A DNA stretch of 64,000 nt from Camelus ferus. Its lineage: Eukaryota. Shown piece by piece: positions 37,339-52,269 of this stretch. A model generated the notes under the pieces. That model saw nothing but the letters and a program-made list of their open reading frames with translations. It made no database searches and had not been told where the DNA came from. The translations under genes were made by a program, and so were the position numbers. The stretch spans positions 35,528,001 through 35,592,000 of the forward strand of contig NC_045696.1 of NCBI RefSeq assembly GCF_009834535.1. The letters run 5' to 3'. Within the stretch, counting starts at the first letter, position 1, and every line of letters starts with the position of its first letter.

Positions 37339-40300
37339 AAACATCAAAAATGCCAGTTTATTCTGTTATTGTAAATAAGTGTATGGACTTCAACAATAGT
37401 TGTGTTCAAGATGTTCAGAATTCTGAGCCCTAGAAATTTCTTGTATTGAAAAAATTGCCTAATTTTAAGAAGGGTGACTCGTTTTATTTGTATTATTATA
37501 CAACTCGTTTTAGTAATATTTAGGAGAATGGTAGGCATAAATGCATGTACAGAGAATTCAAATAGAAAATAAAGGGGGAAACTTGATGCAAGCGCCAACA
37601 CCCCGCCATTGTCCTCCCGCGACGCCCACGCCTTTCACTTCGTCTGGTGCAGCAGCGTTACAGTGGCCTCCAGCTGTGGTCAGAATAGTGTTCATCTCAT
37701 GCTTTTCCCCTGTGTCCCAAAGGTGTTTAATTTTCAAGTTGTAGCTGACACAGAGGAATGGAAATTCAGCAAATGGAAGAGTAACTTGAGATACGAAACT
37801 AAGGGTGACGACTGGGACATTATCTTTGCTTCAGGGGAAACATTTTCTCCAGTGCAATCGTTGAACTATCTTGTGTCATCTTCTAATCCTGGGAGACCAA
37901 AGCTAAATGGGCAAGGAAGTCTATTTATTCTCAGATATGGGATTTTAAATCCTGTGAACTTTTTTTTTTTTAAACCATAGAGCTACATGGCAAGAATTTT
38001 TAATCCCTGTTTAAACTTAATTATATACTTATTTAGGATCTTGATTAGCAAAAATTAGTTATTAGGTTACCAGCAATGAATATAGAGATACAACCCCACA
38101 AAAAGTCTTTGGAAGTCTTTTAGAACTTATGAAAAACCATTAATGGAATATTCAAATATTCAAAAATTACTTCATTCATGTGATGGTTAAGTAACAACCT
38201 ATCTCAGTGAATAAGATTGAAAAGGAATTCCTAAAACAGAATCAATATCATCCTAGCTACTGGAAAGTGAATTTTTTACCAATAAGTGATAGAGGAAGAA
38301 ATGATGGATAATATAAATTTAGGAAGGGGTGCTTGCTTTGTTTCTTTTTCTCCACGAGGAAGTTCACACCACTGGGTTAGCATATTAGACTGTGCCCAGA
38401 CTTCAGTATGGGAACACGTGTATGGAGTAAAATGTTATCAAAAGCACATGCATATGCAGGTTGACACAGGATAAATTTGTTATTACTCTAGAAGTTCTAT
38501 GCTGTGAGCATAGTAGTGGAAACAATACTTGAGTTTCAGGAAGACCTGCTATCGAGCCCATTTCCACCAACCACTGGCTGTGGGATCTGGGTCAAGTTCC
38601 CTCAGCATAATGCAGCACCCTGCTACACAGGGCCAGTCAGGACTGGAACATAGGTCTGTCACCTCCCAAACTGCCGCTGTTCTTTCTCCGACATGAAAGG
38701 ATAGAATTGAATAAGGAAGCTGTGCTAATAGTTCAAACTAAAATAATAGCAAGTTAAAATATTTAAATATTAATATAAAATAAGTTAAAATATTTTATAT
38801 TCTTAAGAGATATTCTGAAACCACTTCATTAAATAAGCACTTCCTTTAAATTTCTGTTATTCCATTAGAAGATCCACAATATTCTACTCCGTTGTTAATT
38901 GCTTGTGATTCTGAGGAGTGTTCAATTTATTTCATTAAAGTGTGAGTAAACAGAAAGGGGTTAGAGAGAAACAGAAGAACACCATAGAGACTTGTAAACC
39001 AGCTTGGACGAAGGAGCAGGTTTAGAAGTATATATAAAATTGAATCCCTAAATATTCAATTAATAAATGCCTTAACTGAAATAGATTCCATGTTGTGCTT
39101 CTTTTGAAAAATCAAAAGAATGAGAAAGAGTTAAAATAGCATCTATAAATGGTATTAGGCTTCTTGAAGGAATATAATTTACAAGGCTGAGCTGCTGCTC
39201 CTAGTGCTATGTTTTTTAAATGTGTAAACACATTGGCTTCTGTTAATTTAAAACTGTAACACCTTATGCAGTGTGGAACTGAAGTATCTTATTTCTGAGG
39301 TTTCACTTGCCATAAGGTAAGTCTAGAATTTTGGTAGAATTGTATAAATTCTGGCATAAGCTATTAAAATGAATCTCCTTCATTGGAAAAGTCCGTGAGA
39401 GGAGGGGGACACAGTAACTGCACAAAAAACAGTCTGCACTTATTCAGGAGAGTTTCCCGTTTGGCACCAAGGAATTATTCAAATACCCATTGGTTCTTTG
39501 GAAATAATTCTGCGATCACCTAAAAGAGCCTGCCAATTATTGCCATATGTGAATGTGGTTTTTGCAACCTGGACATTTATTCCCTAGGATTTGGACTAAT
39601 AGCTCTAGCCTTTTACTTCTCATTAACTGTCAGAAAAGCTATCAGACAGAGGAGACATTGGTCAGTGCCAACATGATACAGATTTGGACAAGCGGCTGAA
39701 AGTTGAAAGGATCCTATCACCTTAGCAACAGTCTGTACTTATGAGGAAATAAGTATCAAAAAAATCTAAAGAGTTTCAAAGTCAGATACGTTTTGAAACT
39801 CAGTAAAAGGAGGCTCCTTCAAGAAGTGAGGACAAGATGTGGAGGGAAGTCAGCCAAGTTTGTAAGTGTTTGCAAGTGCATATGGCAGCCAAAAAATAAA
39901 AATAAAAAATTGCCAGTACTGGGGGTGGGAACAGTGAATCTATATAAAGAAGCACAGGGGCGCTGAGCTACAAAGTCAGAGGTAATCCTTTCAATTACCC
40001 CTTAGGAGACCCATTCAGCTCTTTCCACCAGTAAATACAAGGAATTCAAAGAGGAGTGAAGGCATTAGTCATGTGTGGTGGGATGGACTGGCAAATCAAC
40101 CAGGCACCAAGGGCAAAGCATCGCTCTGGTTTGTCTGTGTTAAATGAAACTTTGTACAGGTATAATACATACACGGAACTCTCCAGAGCCACAAAGAGGT
40201 AGTTGGAAGTATTGGGAACAGCAAAGGACTGGTCAAATATCTATCACTAATTTACTTCGACAAGAGGATGCTGTGTTGTGATAGATTTTTGTGACTACTC

Positions 40301-40549
40301 TGAAAAATTATAACTTTAACAGGGAAGGATATTACAATAATGTTCCAAGGAGAAATGAATGCCTAATACATTTCCAAAAGTAGGAAATTTAGAAATGGCA
40401 GATGAGGTTTAATATTGTTCAAATACACTGACAAACCTATTGGTTTTTGTCATAGATTTTAGAAATGTTTGTATACATTGTGTAAATATTTAATTCCTTA
40501 TACGAATATATAGTAATACTCACTAATTTCTAATATGAATTTGAAGCTT

Positions 40550-40725
40550 ATTATATTCTCATTTAATTCTTATGAAATCATAGTAGGGCTCTTTTACTAT
40601 CCCCATGTTATAGACACAAAGAAACAGAAATGAAGAGGCCTTGTAGCTTGTTCAGTTTAGTAGGTAGTAAATGGGAGAGTCAAGATGTGAGCCTGAGAAG
40701 TCTGAGCATGTACTCTCAACAATTA
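40550..40725 (-). mobile_element. MIR SINE
   Basis: ctcatttaattctt...tatccccatgttatagac...gtagtaaatgggagagtcaagatgtgagcc. Confidence 0.65.
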
Positions 40726-41389
40726 CAACATGAACATCAAAATAATATCTCCTACTGGTATTTCAGCATTGGTGTTAAATTTTAAATTGTTGACCCAGTA
40801 GTCATGAAATATTTTTGTTGATCTGCTTGTAATTTTTCTCCTTTCCTGCTTGGTGATAGGTAATGTCTGCTAGCAAAATCAGGCAGTTGTTGGAGTCCAT
40901 GGAATACAGGTTTTCTGTTTGGGAAGCCAGGTATCTGGTTCATGAACAAATCAAAATTGATATTCTGTGTTTAATTACCACCATGTTCTGAGCGGAAGAA
41001 TCACCCAACTCAGCAAAGACACTTTGTGTTTTTCTAATGTCTCTGTAACATGGAAGATTTTTCCAGCAATATTTTATTGTACTCTTTTTACATAGAAAAG
41101 CTGTATGTTGTTTGAGCATGTTGGTTTCCAGCTTCACCTGGTGTCATTAAACAAAAGCCTATGTGACAGAGAAAATTACATGCAGCATTTTCCTTGACAT
41201 GAATATACTGGAATCTGTTTCTTCGCAGTACAAATACTGTAAATACCACACAAATTTAGTACAGCAAATGCTTACTTGGCATTTCCAATTGCCTAACTCA
41301 ATGTAACATACTTCAGATTAAACTCTTGTGTTTTATTATCCATATATCCATTCACTCCCCCTCGGGAACTACTCATAGTACCCAGTAAC

Positions 41390-41930
41390 TCGCACAAAAA
41401 GCTTGGATGCCAGTCTTTATGCTTTCTTCCACCTTATGCTCTGCATCTACACTCTTTCCAAGACCTAGCGACATTTTCTACATACCTCAAATGAACTCAC
41501 TTCTTTCTATGCCCATAACTATCTTTCTTTCCATGTCATATCGTCTCTAATTGGGATTATTTCAGTAATGTCTTTTCTGCCCCATTCTTGACTCAGCTCA
41601 ATGCATTTTCCCCAAAGGACCAAGAATGATCTCTTTGAAATGTAAACCTGATTATGGTGTACCTTGGCATAAGGCCTTTCAGTGACCTCCCAAGACCCTT
41701 ACTATATAAAAATAAACCCTTCATATGACCTTGAAGGCACTGCATGGCCTGACTGGTCTGCAAGTCCCCCAGACTGCTTTGAGGCCCATGTACCCTCTGT
41801 TTCAGCTGTACTTCTTTTCCTTCACTTTCATAAACTGTCAAAGCTCTTTCCTGCCTCTTGGCTTTCACCCTCGAATGCTCTGCCTGCCGCCGTTTGCTTC
41901 TGTCTTTTACACAGCACATAACTCTTCTAG
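41390..41930 (+). mobile_element. L2 LINE fragment
   Basis: agaatgatctctttgaaatgtaaacctgattatg...aaggcactgcatggcctgac; explains ORFs at 41593-42054. Confidence 0.7.
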
Positions 41931-44900
41931 TGCTTTGTACGTATTATGGAAAATGATAGATTTCACTTTTAAGCTTAGATGGTGTACATACTGTAATTAT
42001 TATTATACTCAGTTGGAAATTCACTTACACCTTTTCTCTTCTAAACTAAATTAATATGTTCATTCAGGAAATTAACTTTCTTTAGTAAATATACCTCATA
42101 TATTTTGTTAATCCTGGGGATATTTGCTTAAACATACTTGAAGAATTTCTTTAAAAGAAGTGTTTAGAAGAAACTGAGGAGTCTCCTAGTCTACTTTATT
42201 TCTAGTTTTAAAATATGATTTATGATTATCATTAATCACATATGTAAGATTTTATATTATGTATATATCACATATATCATATATTTCTACATTTAACACC
42301 TAATGGAACACATAAATATGTATTTTTAAATTTTCTTGTCTTCCTATTTTTTCATTATGAAACTTCATGATTGATTCATAGCACGAGACTGATCCTTTAA
42401 AGGGAAATTTGGTCTACTAAGATGCTTATGGTTGGTTGAACCTAGCAATAGGGCATGGGAAATGTTATAATGGACATTGCTATGGGCAGGAGGAGAAGGC
42501 GTCCATTCTTCTCTCAACATTTATTGGATTTATTGGTTACTTTTCATGAGCCAAGCATTCTAGGTGCTTGTTATCTTAGCTGTCACCCCACAGTAATATA
42601 ACAGCAGTTGAGTTTTAAAGAGTAGAATGTTTTTTATACATGTGTATTATAAAAAGAGGGTCACACCTTCGGTGTTTAGTTTATAGCTAGGTCTAGTAAC
42701 TATATTTCCTGGCAATATGTATCAGTTGTCAGCTGAGTTGAGCACAATTTGGAGAAAAAGGGATTTCAGATAGTGGCAATTTTTTTCGCTTTTATAAGCA
42801 CATAGATGGTTAAATACCAAGGCAAACAAAAATGAGAACCAGACTATGAGTTTGGGTTATTTCAGATATTACTGAATATGAGATTAAATTTATGTAGTCA
42901 CACAATTTATTCTCCTTTTTAGACATAGCTTCTTACTGTAGATCATCAAATAAATTGAAAGGACTATGAACCAAGAGTTCCTCAGAAGGAAAATGGTATG
43001 GAACCAGAGGTTATAAGTTATGTTAAGACACTTTAAATGTGCCATTTTCTGGTCCAGATTAATAAAAATTTTATTGGTTTTAAACTCTGTTGTTACTTAG
43101 TTGTGCCAGATATGTAATCAGAGTGACATGTACAGATTGGGGACAGTGCTAAAGGTTTTTCTAGGCATCTTTTCTGAAGTGCATCAAATCTATCCTAAAG
43201 TCCTGAGAAAGATGCTGTTTTTTCACTCTTGTTGATATCCTGAGTATTTACTCTTCAGTAGATTCTTTGAAGAACTCCAAATACAATGCAATTTTTAGTT
43301 AAAATCACCTATATGAATGTAAAGGTGAATTTTTTATTTTCCTAGGCTACTTAGAATGCTTAATGTGTAACAGACTAATAAATTTTCCACGAGGAAGTGG
43401 AACTGCATTAGCCCTCTTAGTTTTTGATTGGAAACTATTTATGGTATGCCTTTCCCCACTACACAATAAAATTCCTTGTTCTAGCTGGTAACAGAGAAAG
43501 GAGGAAATCTATTCTATGGCAAACAGGCAGATTCCACTGCATTGAAACCTAGCTTACAAATATCTTTCTAGCAGACCTACAACAGTTAAGCATGTTCTGT
43601 TTGTTATGAATAGAATTTCCTTCTATCAGCGCCATTCATCTTGCTAGACATAGGCTCAAGATATTGTTGAAAAACATTACTATTGGCAAACAGTTACTGC
43701 AACAAAAATGAGGTAATCAATTTTCCTTGTGCCCCTTAAGATCTGTGTAATGGTTTTTATAGTCATACCGTATAAATTTGTTACATTAATTTTAGGGTGC
43801 TGGAACCATTGTCAGTCCTTTATTAGTTATCACTTTTAAATTTTACCGGATGAAAAGATGATGGTTACAAAAACACATGTCTGTGTCTTGCAATCCCTCA
43901 TACTTGGGTGTAATTTCTGGTTACAACTTAATAGTGGGATAAGCAGCCAGTGCACTTAATATTATTAAGCCTCAATCATCTCCTCAGGAAACCTAGATAA
44001 TACCTGTCTCACTTGACTTTTTTGAGTGCAGAACTGAAACACAAGTGCAGTATGAGACATGGAGATTTTCAGTAAATGGTAGTTATTACATTACATAGAG
44101 GTAAGATGTTCTCTTCAGGTAGCTGGATCTGGAGAAGGTGACACAAACAGGTGATGCAATTTGCCTGGCTTTTCAAAAAGAATCAATGTCTCATTTCCTT
44201 CCCAGCCCCTCACCTCTCTAGCCTCATGTACCAGATCTAAACCCCTTATGTTGCAGAATATAAGAAGGCAAACAATTATCCTGAATGAATTTCCCAAGTC
44301 AATTAACAGAATTTTAAACAGACACTCCGAAGGGTGGATGGAATATATAATGATCTCTGCCCTGAAGAAACACTTGCAAAATGCACGCTGTGGTCTAAAT
44401 TAGAGAAACACAGGCACGTACAGACACACGCACTGGATGTGGCTGTTGTAACACACACCCATTCTTCCTCATTCACTCCCTCTACCCCACCCTCTCCCTC
44501 CACACCTCCTTCAAGGGTAGCAACACTGAACACAGGTGAACAATCCTGGAGTTATGTGAAATGTCCAGATCGGGTGAACAAAAATGGCAGGAGTCCTTCT
44601 ACTGTTGTTCATCCTCCTTTTGTTCCAGACTCTTAATGTGTCCCATTATTTGTGCTAAAAGAGTGATATATATTTGCAAACTGTAAACAATGCATTTTAA
44701 TATTTCCTCTGTAATACTTTCTCCTATTCTTTCTGCCTTTTGATTTTCTCCTCCTTTTAGACAGATTTAACATTTTTAGTTCTTTTATTTCATTGCATCT
44801 ATCTCCTAAGTTAAATGTAATGTCCTAAGCTGAAAGTCATAACTGTGAAAAAACATTTATCTCCTCTATATTTAGAAATTGATCATTTTAAGGTACTCAA

Positions 44901-46177
44901 GTCTGTTGCATTTTCTTTTCATTACACTGTTAAATACTACCTGTGAGATTCTTCTATATACTTTGAGGAGTTTCTTTCCACCTTAATTCTATATTTTTGT
45001 ATTTTTGACATACAATTCAGAATAGACATACACATATGAAACTTTATAGAGAATTTTTTCTTTGAAAAACTTCATATTATTTTGCAAATAGAAAAATTAT
45101 TTTTGAATAGGCTGGGATTAATTTTATGTGAAATTCAAATGTATAAACATAATATTTTATACAGTTTTGAAGTTCATGTCTTCCTTAGTTGTTTCAAAAT
45201 GAGTGACTGGTTTAAGGTTTTTTTTTGAAACAACATTCTTTTAGCTAATGACTATATTGCTGATCCCAAGAGCATTTAATTATAACAGTTTTTTATGTTT
45301 TCTTTGTGAAACCCATTCTTACATGTTTTGGGAGTGAATTTCAGAATACTTTGAATATAAATCTCCTTTCTATCTTGGAGCAAATATTTACCAAAAGCAT
45401 AAGAATAAATAAAAAGAGACCCTAGAATTACAGTAACTCATTTTTCTCTGTGTTACCTTATACATTGCTGTTAGCCATGAAGTACCTACAAGCAAATATT
45501 GAATACCTTTAAATTGTAAACTTCTCCTAGTTGGTAATATTTTGTGATCATAAAGTGAGTGCTCAATGTATAAATAACACATTATAGGTTTATTTTAAGT
45601 CCATTTGCTTTCTAACCAAACATTATCAAATAGTCATCTTCATAAATTTCAAACAATAAAAATGGAATGGAAAGATGATAGGATTGTAAGAATTGTTAAA
45701 GAATGCATTTGAAAGTTGCAGAGGTATTTCCTCAGGATAGAAAGTGATATTATTTTAAAATAAACATATCTAAAAAATAAAGCTGATTTAAAGGGCTTTT
45801 GAGAAAATATAATAATGTCATCATTCCTCAAAATTCTAAATGGCCATCTTCATTTTTTAGAAAATGAGTCATTAACAATATAAGTAAGAGAGGAAATATT
45901 TTTGCAACGTGTCTGGCAGTGTTTACAGAATATTTTTTCCTTCCTTTTCAGGTTTTCATTTAAATCCTGGATTTTAAAAATTGTGCTATTTTCTTGATAA
46001 ATTTTCCCAAGTGAAGATACAAATACTTGAGATCAAAAGAGTGAAATTCACATTAGTGGGGCTATCAACATTTGCAGGCAACCATAATTCTCCCCCATGT
46101 TGCATTTTTTAAGAAGAAAGAGAAGAAAAAGGAAACCTCTAGACCAGGATAAGTAAGAGCTAATAAAAACTGTGGTG

Positions 46178-46232
46178 AGTGTGTGTGTGTGTGTGTGTGC
46201 GCGTGTGTGTATGTGGCGTGTCTGTGTGTATG
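46178..46232. repeat. (GT)n microsatellite with imperfect extension
   Basis: agtgtgtgtgtgtgtgtgtgtgcgcgtgtgtgtatgtggcgtgtctgtgtgtatg. Confidence 0.85.
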
Positions 46233-49124
46233 TAGGCAAAGAGAGTGAGAGTAATATAGATGTACAGATTAGGCCCCACATATAGTACACATATTTAGTT
46301 TTGCACTTTATATGACATGCAGCTAAAGCTCAGATTACACTCATACAAACACACACACACACTATGTTCATTAACTAAAACGTCTTGATTTTTGTGTGCG
46401 TATATGCAATCTTTATGCTTCTAATTCTTGTTTAATTTTTGAGGCTTTCATTACATACATGATAATGTCAAGAAGACAATATAAACAATAAAGGCAGGAT
46501 TGCAAACACATTATTTCATCCTGCTTTTTCATCATAAAATATTATGAGCATCTTTGTGAGTGAGACATAGTGTGTCTCATAGATGTATGCATAATTTATT
46601 TATGAAATTATATGAACAACATAATTTAACCACCTTTATAATTTGAGGCATTATGTTCCTTCTAATTTACCAATATTGTACTAGTGTTGCTCACATATCT
46701 TCGTGTATATAAACATGCACAGGACCTAGTTCTTTGTTGTGCATTCACATACAGTAGATCTTTGGAAACAGCATCCAAAATTTTCATGACTTATATCTTG
46801 AACTCCTAATCTGAGTGGCTACAAATCTATGATGGCAATTCTGTTCTCCTAAAATTGACTTATGACAGTGAATATCAAATTGGTGACCTCTCCAAGCTCT
46901 AGCTAGAGTTCCAGTGCAGCCTGGAAAATGCTAATCCAGAGTATGGCTTATTTAGACAGGAGGAAGTGATTTACCTCCTCCAAAATCCCTTCTTAGGAAG
47001 AGTTTTCTTACACATCCCAGTGCTCTCCTGGTCTAAAGAAAACTTCTGGCACCATTCTGAAAAGCTTTTTCAGGCTGTCTTGCAATATGTTCTGAGTATA
47101 GATTTGGGTCCTATACATATTATGTTCACCATAGTAACGTCACATAAAAATGATTTTCTCTTTCATTCTCTGTCTCTATCTCTCCATTTTGAGTATTGAC
47201 CTGCTATTGCATACATATTCCTATGAATGTGTAAATTTTACAAATGGGGCTCATTCATAATTCTCTGAGCACTGATAATTATGAATAGGAAAAACTCGAC
47301 TAGCGCTACTCCGAGAACACATAATTCTTCCTTGAAAGTTGAAGACAACTGAAAAGCTGTCAAAACACAACCTCCTTAGGACCAGGGTCTTTTTTAGCAT
47401 TCTCCTGGTGATGAACACTCATGGGACATATTTCAGTGTTGTTACTGGCACCTGTCTTGCTAAATCTGATGGAACAATCACAAACACAATAAAGTCTTGT
47501 TGCTAAGCTATCTTTGAGCCACACTAGATTGTGATGGATTCTGTTGTGTTTAATGGTATGGTGGCACTTTGCCTTAGGCTTTTTTTATTGAACAGTGGAA
47601 GGAACAGAAGAAGGAAACACTTGATCACTTTGTAAATGCTGCACATTGCAGGCAGGGTTTAATGACTGAACGTAGCCACTTCCAGTGTATTGAAAAGCCT
47701 CCGCCTTGCCTCAAAGCATTGTACCTCTATTCAAATGGCAAAGAATAGAGTTCCTGTAAGATTGTGGAGTGCAGCTCATTTTGGGAATAAACAGTTGCTT
47801 TGACCTTGTACCGGCAAATAGACCCTGTCAGGCCTGGAATTGCAAGGCCAGGAAATCATCTGTTTAGTCAGTGCTGGTTCTGGTCATTAGTTTGTGTTTA
47901 TGGCTGGGAATTGATAATATAACCCTGTGTATATAGAGCTCAGGTCTGAATACTAAAAGGGCCCTATTTACCAACAGCTTTTTTTTTAATTTAAAGTTAA
48001 TTCAAATTGAAATGAGCCTTTTAACCCTTAATTAGGACCATGTTTTCTCTTAAAAGTCAACCACATTAGTCAAATGGAGGCAAAATTCACTTTGCAATTG
48101 AAAAGCTGTCTACTTTCTTTCAACAGTAGCCACCATGGTTTACTAAGTGCATTTGTTTTCCTTTCACTATGGTAACTTTACCCGTCCTCTGTATCAGCAG
48201 AGCTCAAACCCATCAATTACAACTTAGAGGAAGAGTGTGCTGTGTGCTTTGGGAATGAGGCCAAGATTCTATCTGGAAGCTTTTTTATGATTATTATTCG
48301 TTGTACAGGTAGAGCTCATAGGACTCCCTACTTCATACTTTTTTTCTTTGTTCTTTTTCAAAGCTGGTAGTTTGTTATTTTACCCCACCACTGACCCTCA
48401 GTATTTAGTTCCTGTTTTATTGTTACCTCTTCATAAATATGGAGTCAGCAGATTCCCAAAATATTTCTAATTCATTTGCTATAAATTAGTATTATTTTGG
48501 CTTCCTTCTATTATTTTATTCATATTTTTACAGTTTCTCAATAGAAAATTAATGTTTGGCAAGGGTGACATCATTTTTGTTTCACTGTGGCCCATTCTGT
48601 ATTTTTCAGTAAGTTTGGGAGTTTGCTCAATAAATGAGCACATATACTCCCACTAACTGGGCACTTCAACTAGGGAAACTAAAAGCTAGGTTAACAAGAA
48701 GAAGACCAATAAAAGCTCATTTCAGACTAACAGAAGGGAAATGTGTTCTCTTTTAAGCTCTGTTTTCAGTAATGTGCTCTTTTTCCTTACCATTAAAAGA
48801 GAAAAAAAAATCACATCCTCTTACATTTTAAAAAAATTAAAAAGAATAATTAATATCAATTTTTAAATTTTTATTCATTCCCATAAGATTCCCAAACTTT
48901 TAAACAATCTATCTATCTAAAATGTACACAAAAGGAAGGGTATAATGAAATCTAGTTTTATTATGCTATTGGTTAAAATCAAAGTTTAATAACAGGAAAT
49001 CGTTTGGCAGTCAATTTATCTTTCAATCCACCCAAACATGAAATCAATATGCCCTTTGAATGCATACTGCTCTGATACAGGAAAACACTGAAAATGGCAA
49101 AAATATGCCATTTCTTTTTCAAGT

Positions 49125-49133
49125 ATGTGTGTG

Positions 49134-49180
<47 letters not shown>
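49125..49180. repeat. Compound (GT)n(AT)n(GT)n microsatellite
   Basis: tgtgtgtgtatatatatatatatatgtgtgt...gt. Confidence 0.92.
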
Positions 49181-49182
<2 letters not shown>

Positions 49183-49354
49183 TTTTTAAGTCAGAAGAGA
49201 ACCTTTCTTTGTCTTGTTGCCCTATGTAATTTTGTCATTTCAATGGCTAATTTCAATCCTTAAAGCAGGGATAAAAGTGAAGATACTTTGTTCTATTTTT
49301 TTCTTATTTAGAAAGTTCTAGGAATCCTACATATTTTGGTTCACAAAGAATTAA

Positions 49355-49640
49355 AGGATATCTAGCCTGAAGAGTTTTTAGAGACAAGTTAGTCAATACC
49401 CATCGTTTAATAAATGAGAAAACTGAAGTCCAGAGAGGACAATTGGTTGCAAGTTAATTATTCATTTAAAAAAATGTATCTCATTAACTACTAGGTGTTG
49501 GGCAATGTGTTAGACACTGGGCTTACAAAATGAATAGGAAATAATTCCTGTCTTTTTATTGCTCAGAGTCTAACCTGGGAACAGATAATAATTCCTAAAA
49601 ATGAAAATTCAGACTTATTTTCTCAGGCTAGTGATCTTCC
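49355..49640 (-). mobile_element. MIR fragment interrupted by an L2 3' end
   Basis: taaatgagaaaactgaagtccagagagg (MIR), then ttcattt...actactaggtgttgggcaatgtgttagacactggg (L2). Confidence 0.6.
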
Positions 49641-51811
49641 TATAAGATGCTGAAAACATCATGAAGTGTTGGGAGAAAAAGAAGTGAAATCAGGGACTTT
49701 CTTGGTGAAGATGAAAGTGTTGTATTGTAAAGTGTCTCAGCACTCCATGCTTACGTGAGAAGATCCACTTCTAGAACAGCAATGCCATGTGGAATTAATT
49801 GATCTCCTCTTTAAAGCTAGGGTTGGAAATTTTATCACTTTGGACACAATAAAATGACTAGGTTACTTTAGGAGATCAATACATGTTTGTTTTCTGGAAG
49901 TGAATAAATGAAATCCAAACATTATTTGAACAAGTCTGATTCCTAGTAAATCCATGGTGATATCCAGCAGGATTTGAGGAGGTGCTACCTCCCGTTTTGA
50001 AGGGTTAATTTAGTTTCATGGATCATCCTGCTTTGATTTATGAACACAAAATCAAAGATGAGAGTTCCTGCCACACTTAACTAGTTCAAAAATCTGCAAG
50101 ACAGCAAGAGGGTAAAACTTCTCTAGGACCACAAAAAAAGAGTGACAGTTTGCCTCTACTTAAAAGATCTTACACTGTTTAATCACTCTTTGGTTTTACT
50201 ACCCTGAGGTAGAAATCGATGAATAATTTTAGGAGTGTTTGACTGGCAAGGAGGTGTACCACCGGGTTCCCTGGAAATCGGAATTCTGTCATTTTGGTGA
50301 CAGGTTTTGAACATGTGCATTTCCACCTTAGTTAAGTATTGTTTCAATAGCTGACCAACACAGAGAAAGCCTTAACTATATAGCTAAAGTTTTCTTTCTT
50401 AATTTTAAAACTTAAAACTGGATAAATCTGAATTAGTGTTAATTTGTTTCCTGTCTTGCCTGGTCTCTGTTCTTTGATATTCTAAGTTGACCAAGACTTC
50501 TTTTGAGTAAGAAAAGGAAGGGCAGTACATTAACATATCTACTTTCTACTGCTTATCTGGATTTTATTTTTTGTATACTGAACTTTCTCAGTCTCCAAAC
50601 TAATAGATAATTAGAGAAATGTGCACATTGTTATATTAATAGTTTTACATTCAAGGTAAGGAATGTGATACTTTCAAATTACAATCATTGCTTTTGCTAC
50701 CATAAGCAAAAATAATAAAACAGAAGTACTTTACCCTTTAGAGGTAAAGTTTCAAATTTTTCCATGAGAATTTTTTAAGAATGAAAAAGGTATAATAGAT
50801 GGATAGGTATTTAAGCACAAGTTGATTTATTGCAAGGGAAAGAGATTATTTCTTGGCAGAAAAAAGTTTAAAGTAAGTATATTACATAAAGAATTTCCTG
50901 TTATACATTTAAAGATAATGTTTCTTACCAGTATAATAATTTTATTAGTGAGTATAAACTTTTCAGTCATATTTTCAAATTTGTTGAACAATTTGAGTGG
51001 AGGATTTAAAAATTCTGCTTATATCAAGAAAAGGAAATTTTACTTATGTACCTCCCACATATATTGGGTCACTATTCTTTAAGTTGACAGACAACCTCTG
51101 CCCTTTCAACAAAAAACATCTGCTTATAATAGTGTTAGGCCTCAAGCAGATAGAAAATCTGCGAGAATGCAAGAGAACATTAACCTTTCTGAAATGGTGT
51201 CTTACTAGGAATAGATGACAAATATTTGCATGTGTTTAATTAAATGTGAATTGGATTAAATTTTTTAGATGACTATTCTTCAATGTCATAGCAAAAGTTT
51301 AGAATAGGTAGAAAAATAATATGCTTTTAATGAGTGATTTACATAAAATTAAAAGCAGAAGTTCTCTTTCTTGTTCAGCCCGTCATTGAATTTCTTTGTT
51401 ATCTTGGGCATGCTGCTCTTTCTGTTTGTGGTTCAGTTGTTCATTCTGTCAAATAAGTAGATTCATATCTGCCTTGATTGTTTCAATAGAACAGTTCTTC
51501 ATAAAGAGTAAAGATGTCTACAAAAGTGAGGATGTTGCTATAGAACCTAGCACTGTACTCAGGATACAGTTGGCATTCAGTGGATATCTGCAAGTTGGTG
51601 GCGAAATCCTATCAGCTAGCTAGCAGATGCCAGAAAACGCAGAGTGGATTCTGGCCCTAACTGTGCACTACATAACATCGTGGATTTCCGTGGCCTTGGA
51701 TGTAAAATGCACAGACTGACCCATGTGGTTTCTTAGGATTTTTTTTTTAGCTCCATTAAACTATCATTGTATTTAATTAATACATCTCAAATGAATTCTT
51801 TTGGTCTTTTA

Positions 51812-52269
51812 TATCATTTAGAAATGCTTTCTGCTGCAAGTAAAAGAAAACTTGACCACAGTGACTTAAACAAACAGGGTGTTATTTTTCTGACGTCAGA
51901 AATCTTAAGATAGGTGCTCGCTGCCATCAAGTGCAAGGTACACATCTCTCTGATTTTCTTGGCCTTTACTTAGTGTCACATGTAAGCCATTATGCCCATA
52001 ATCAGTACTGGAATAATGTAGTGGGAGTGGCTTCAGTTGCATTTGGACTGTCTTGTTAGAAAAGCAAAAAGTATCCCAAAGATTTTCATCAGATCTCTGT
52101 TTGTGTCTCTTTAGCCATCTCTTCGGCCATAACCTTGGCCATCCAGCCCCATTTGCAGTGAAATCTGAGTTAGGGGGTACTTGGCAGAATGCAGTACTGA
52201 ATAAAACCAGGATTCTATTAGCAAGCAGGATTTGGATAATTGAACATGTAACCAACAGTACCCAACACA
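51812..52269 (-). mobile_element. MLT1-type (ERVL-MaLR) solo LTR
   Basis: tcatttagaaatgctttctgctgcaagtaaaagaaaac...tgacttaaacaaac...ggattctattagcaag...accaacagtacccaacaca; explains ORF 51905-52270. Confidence 0.7.
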
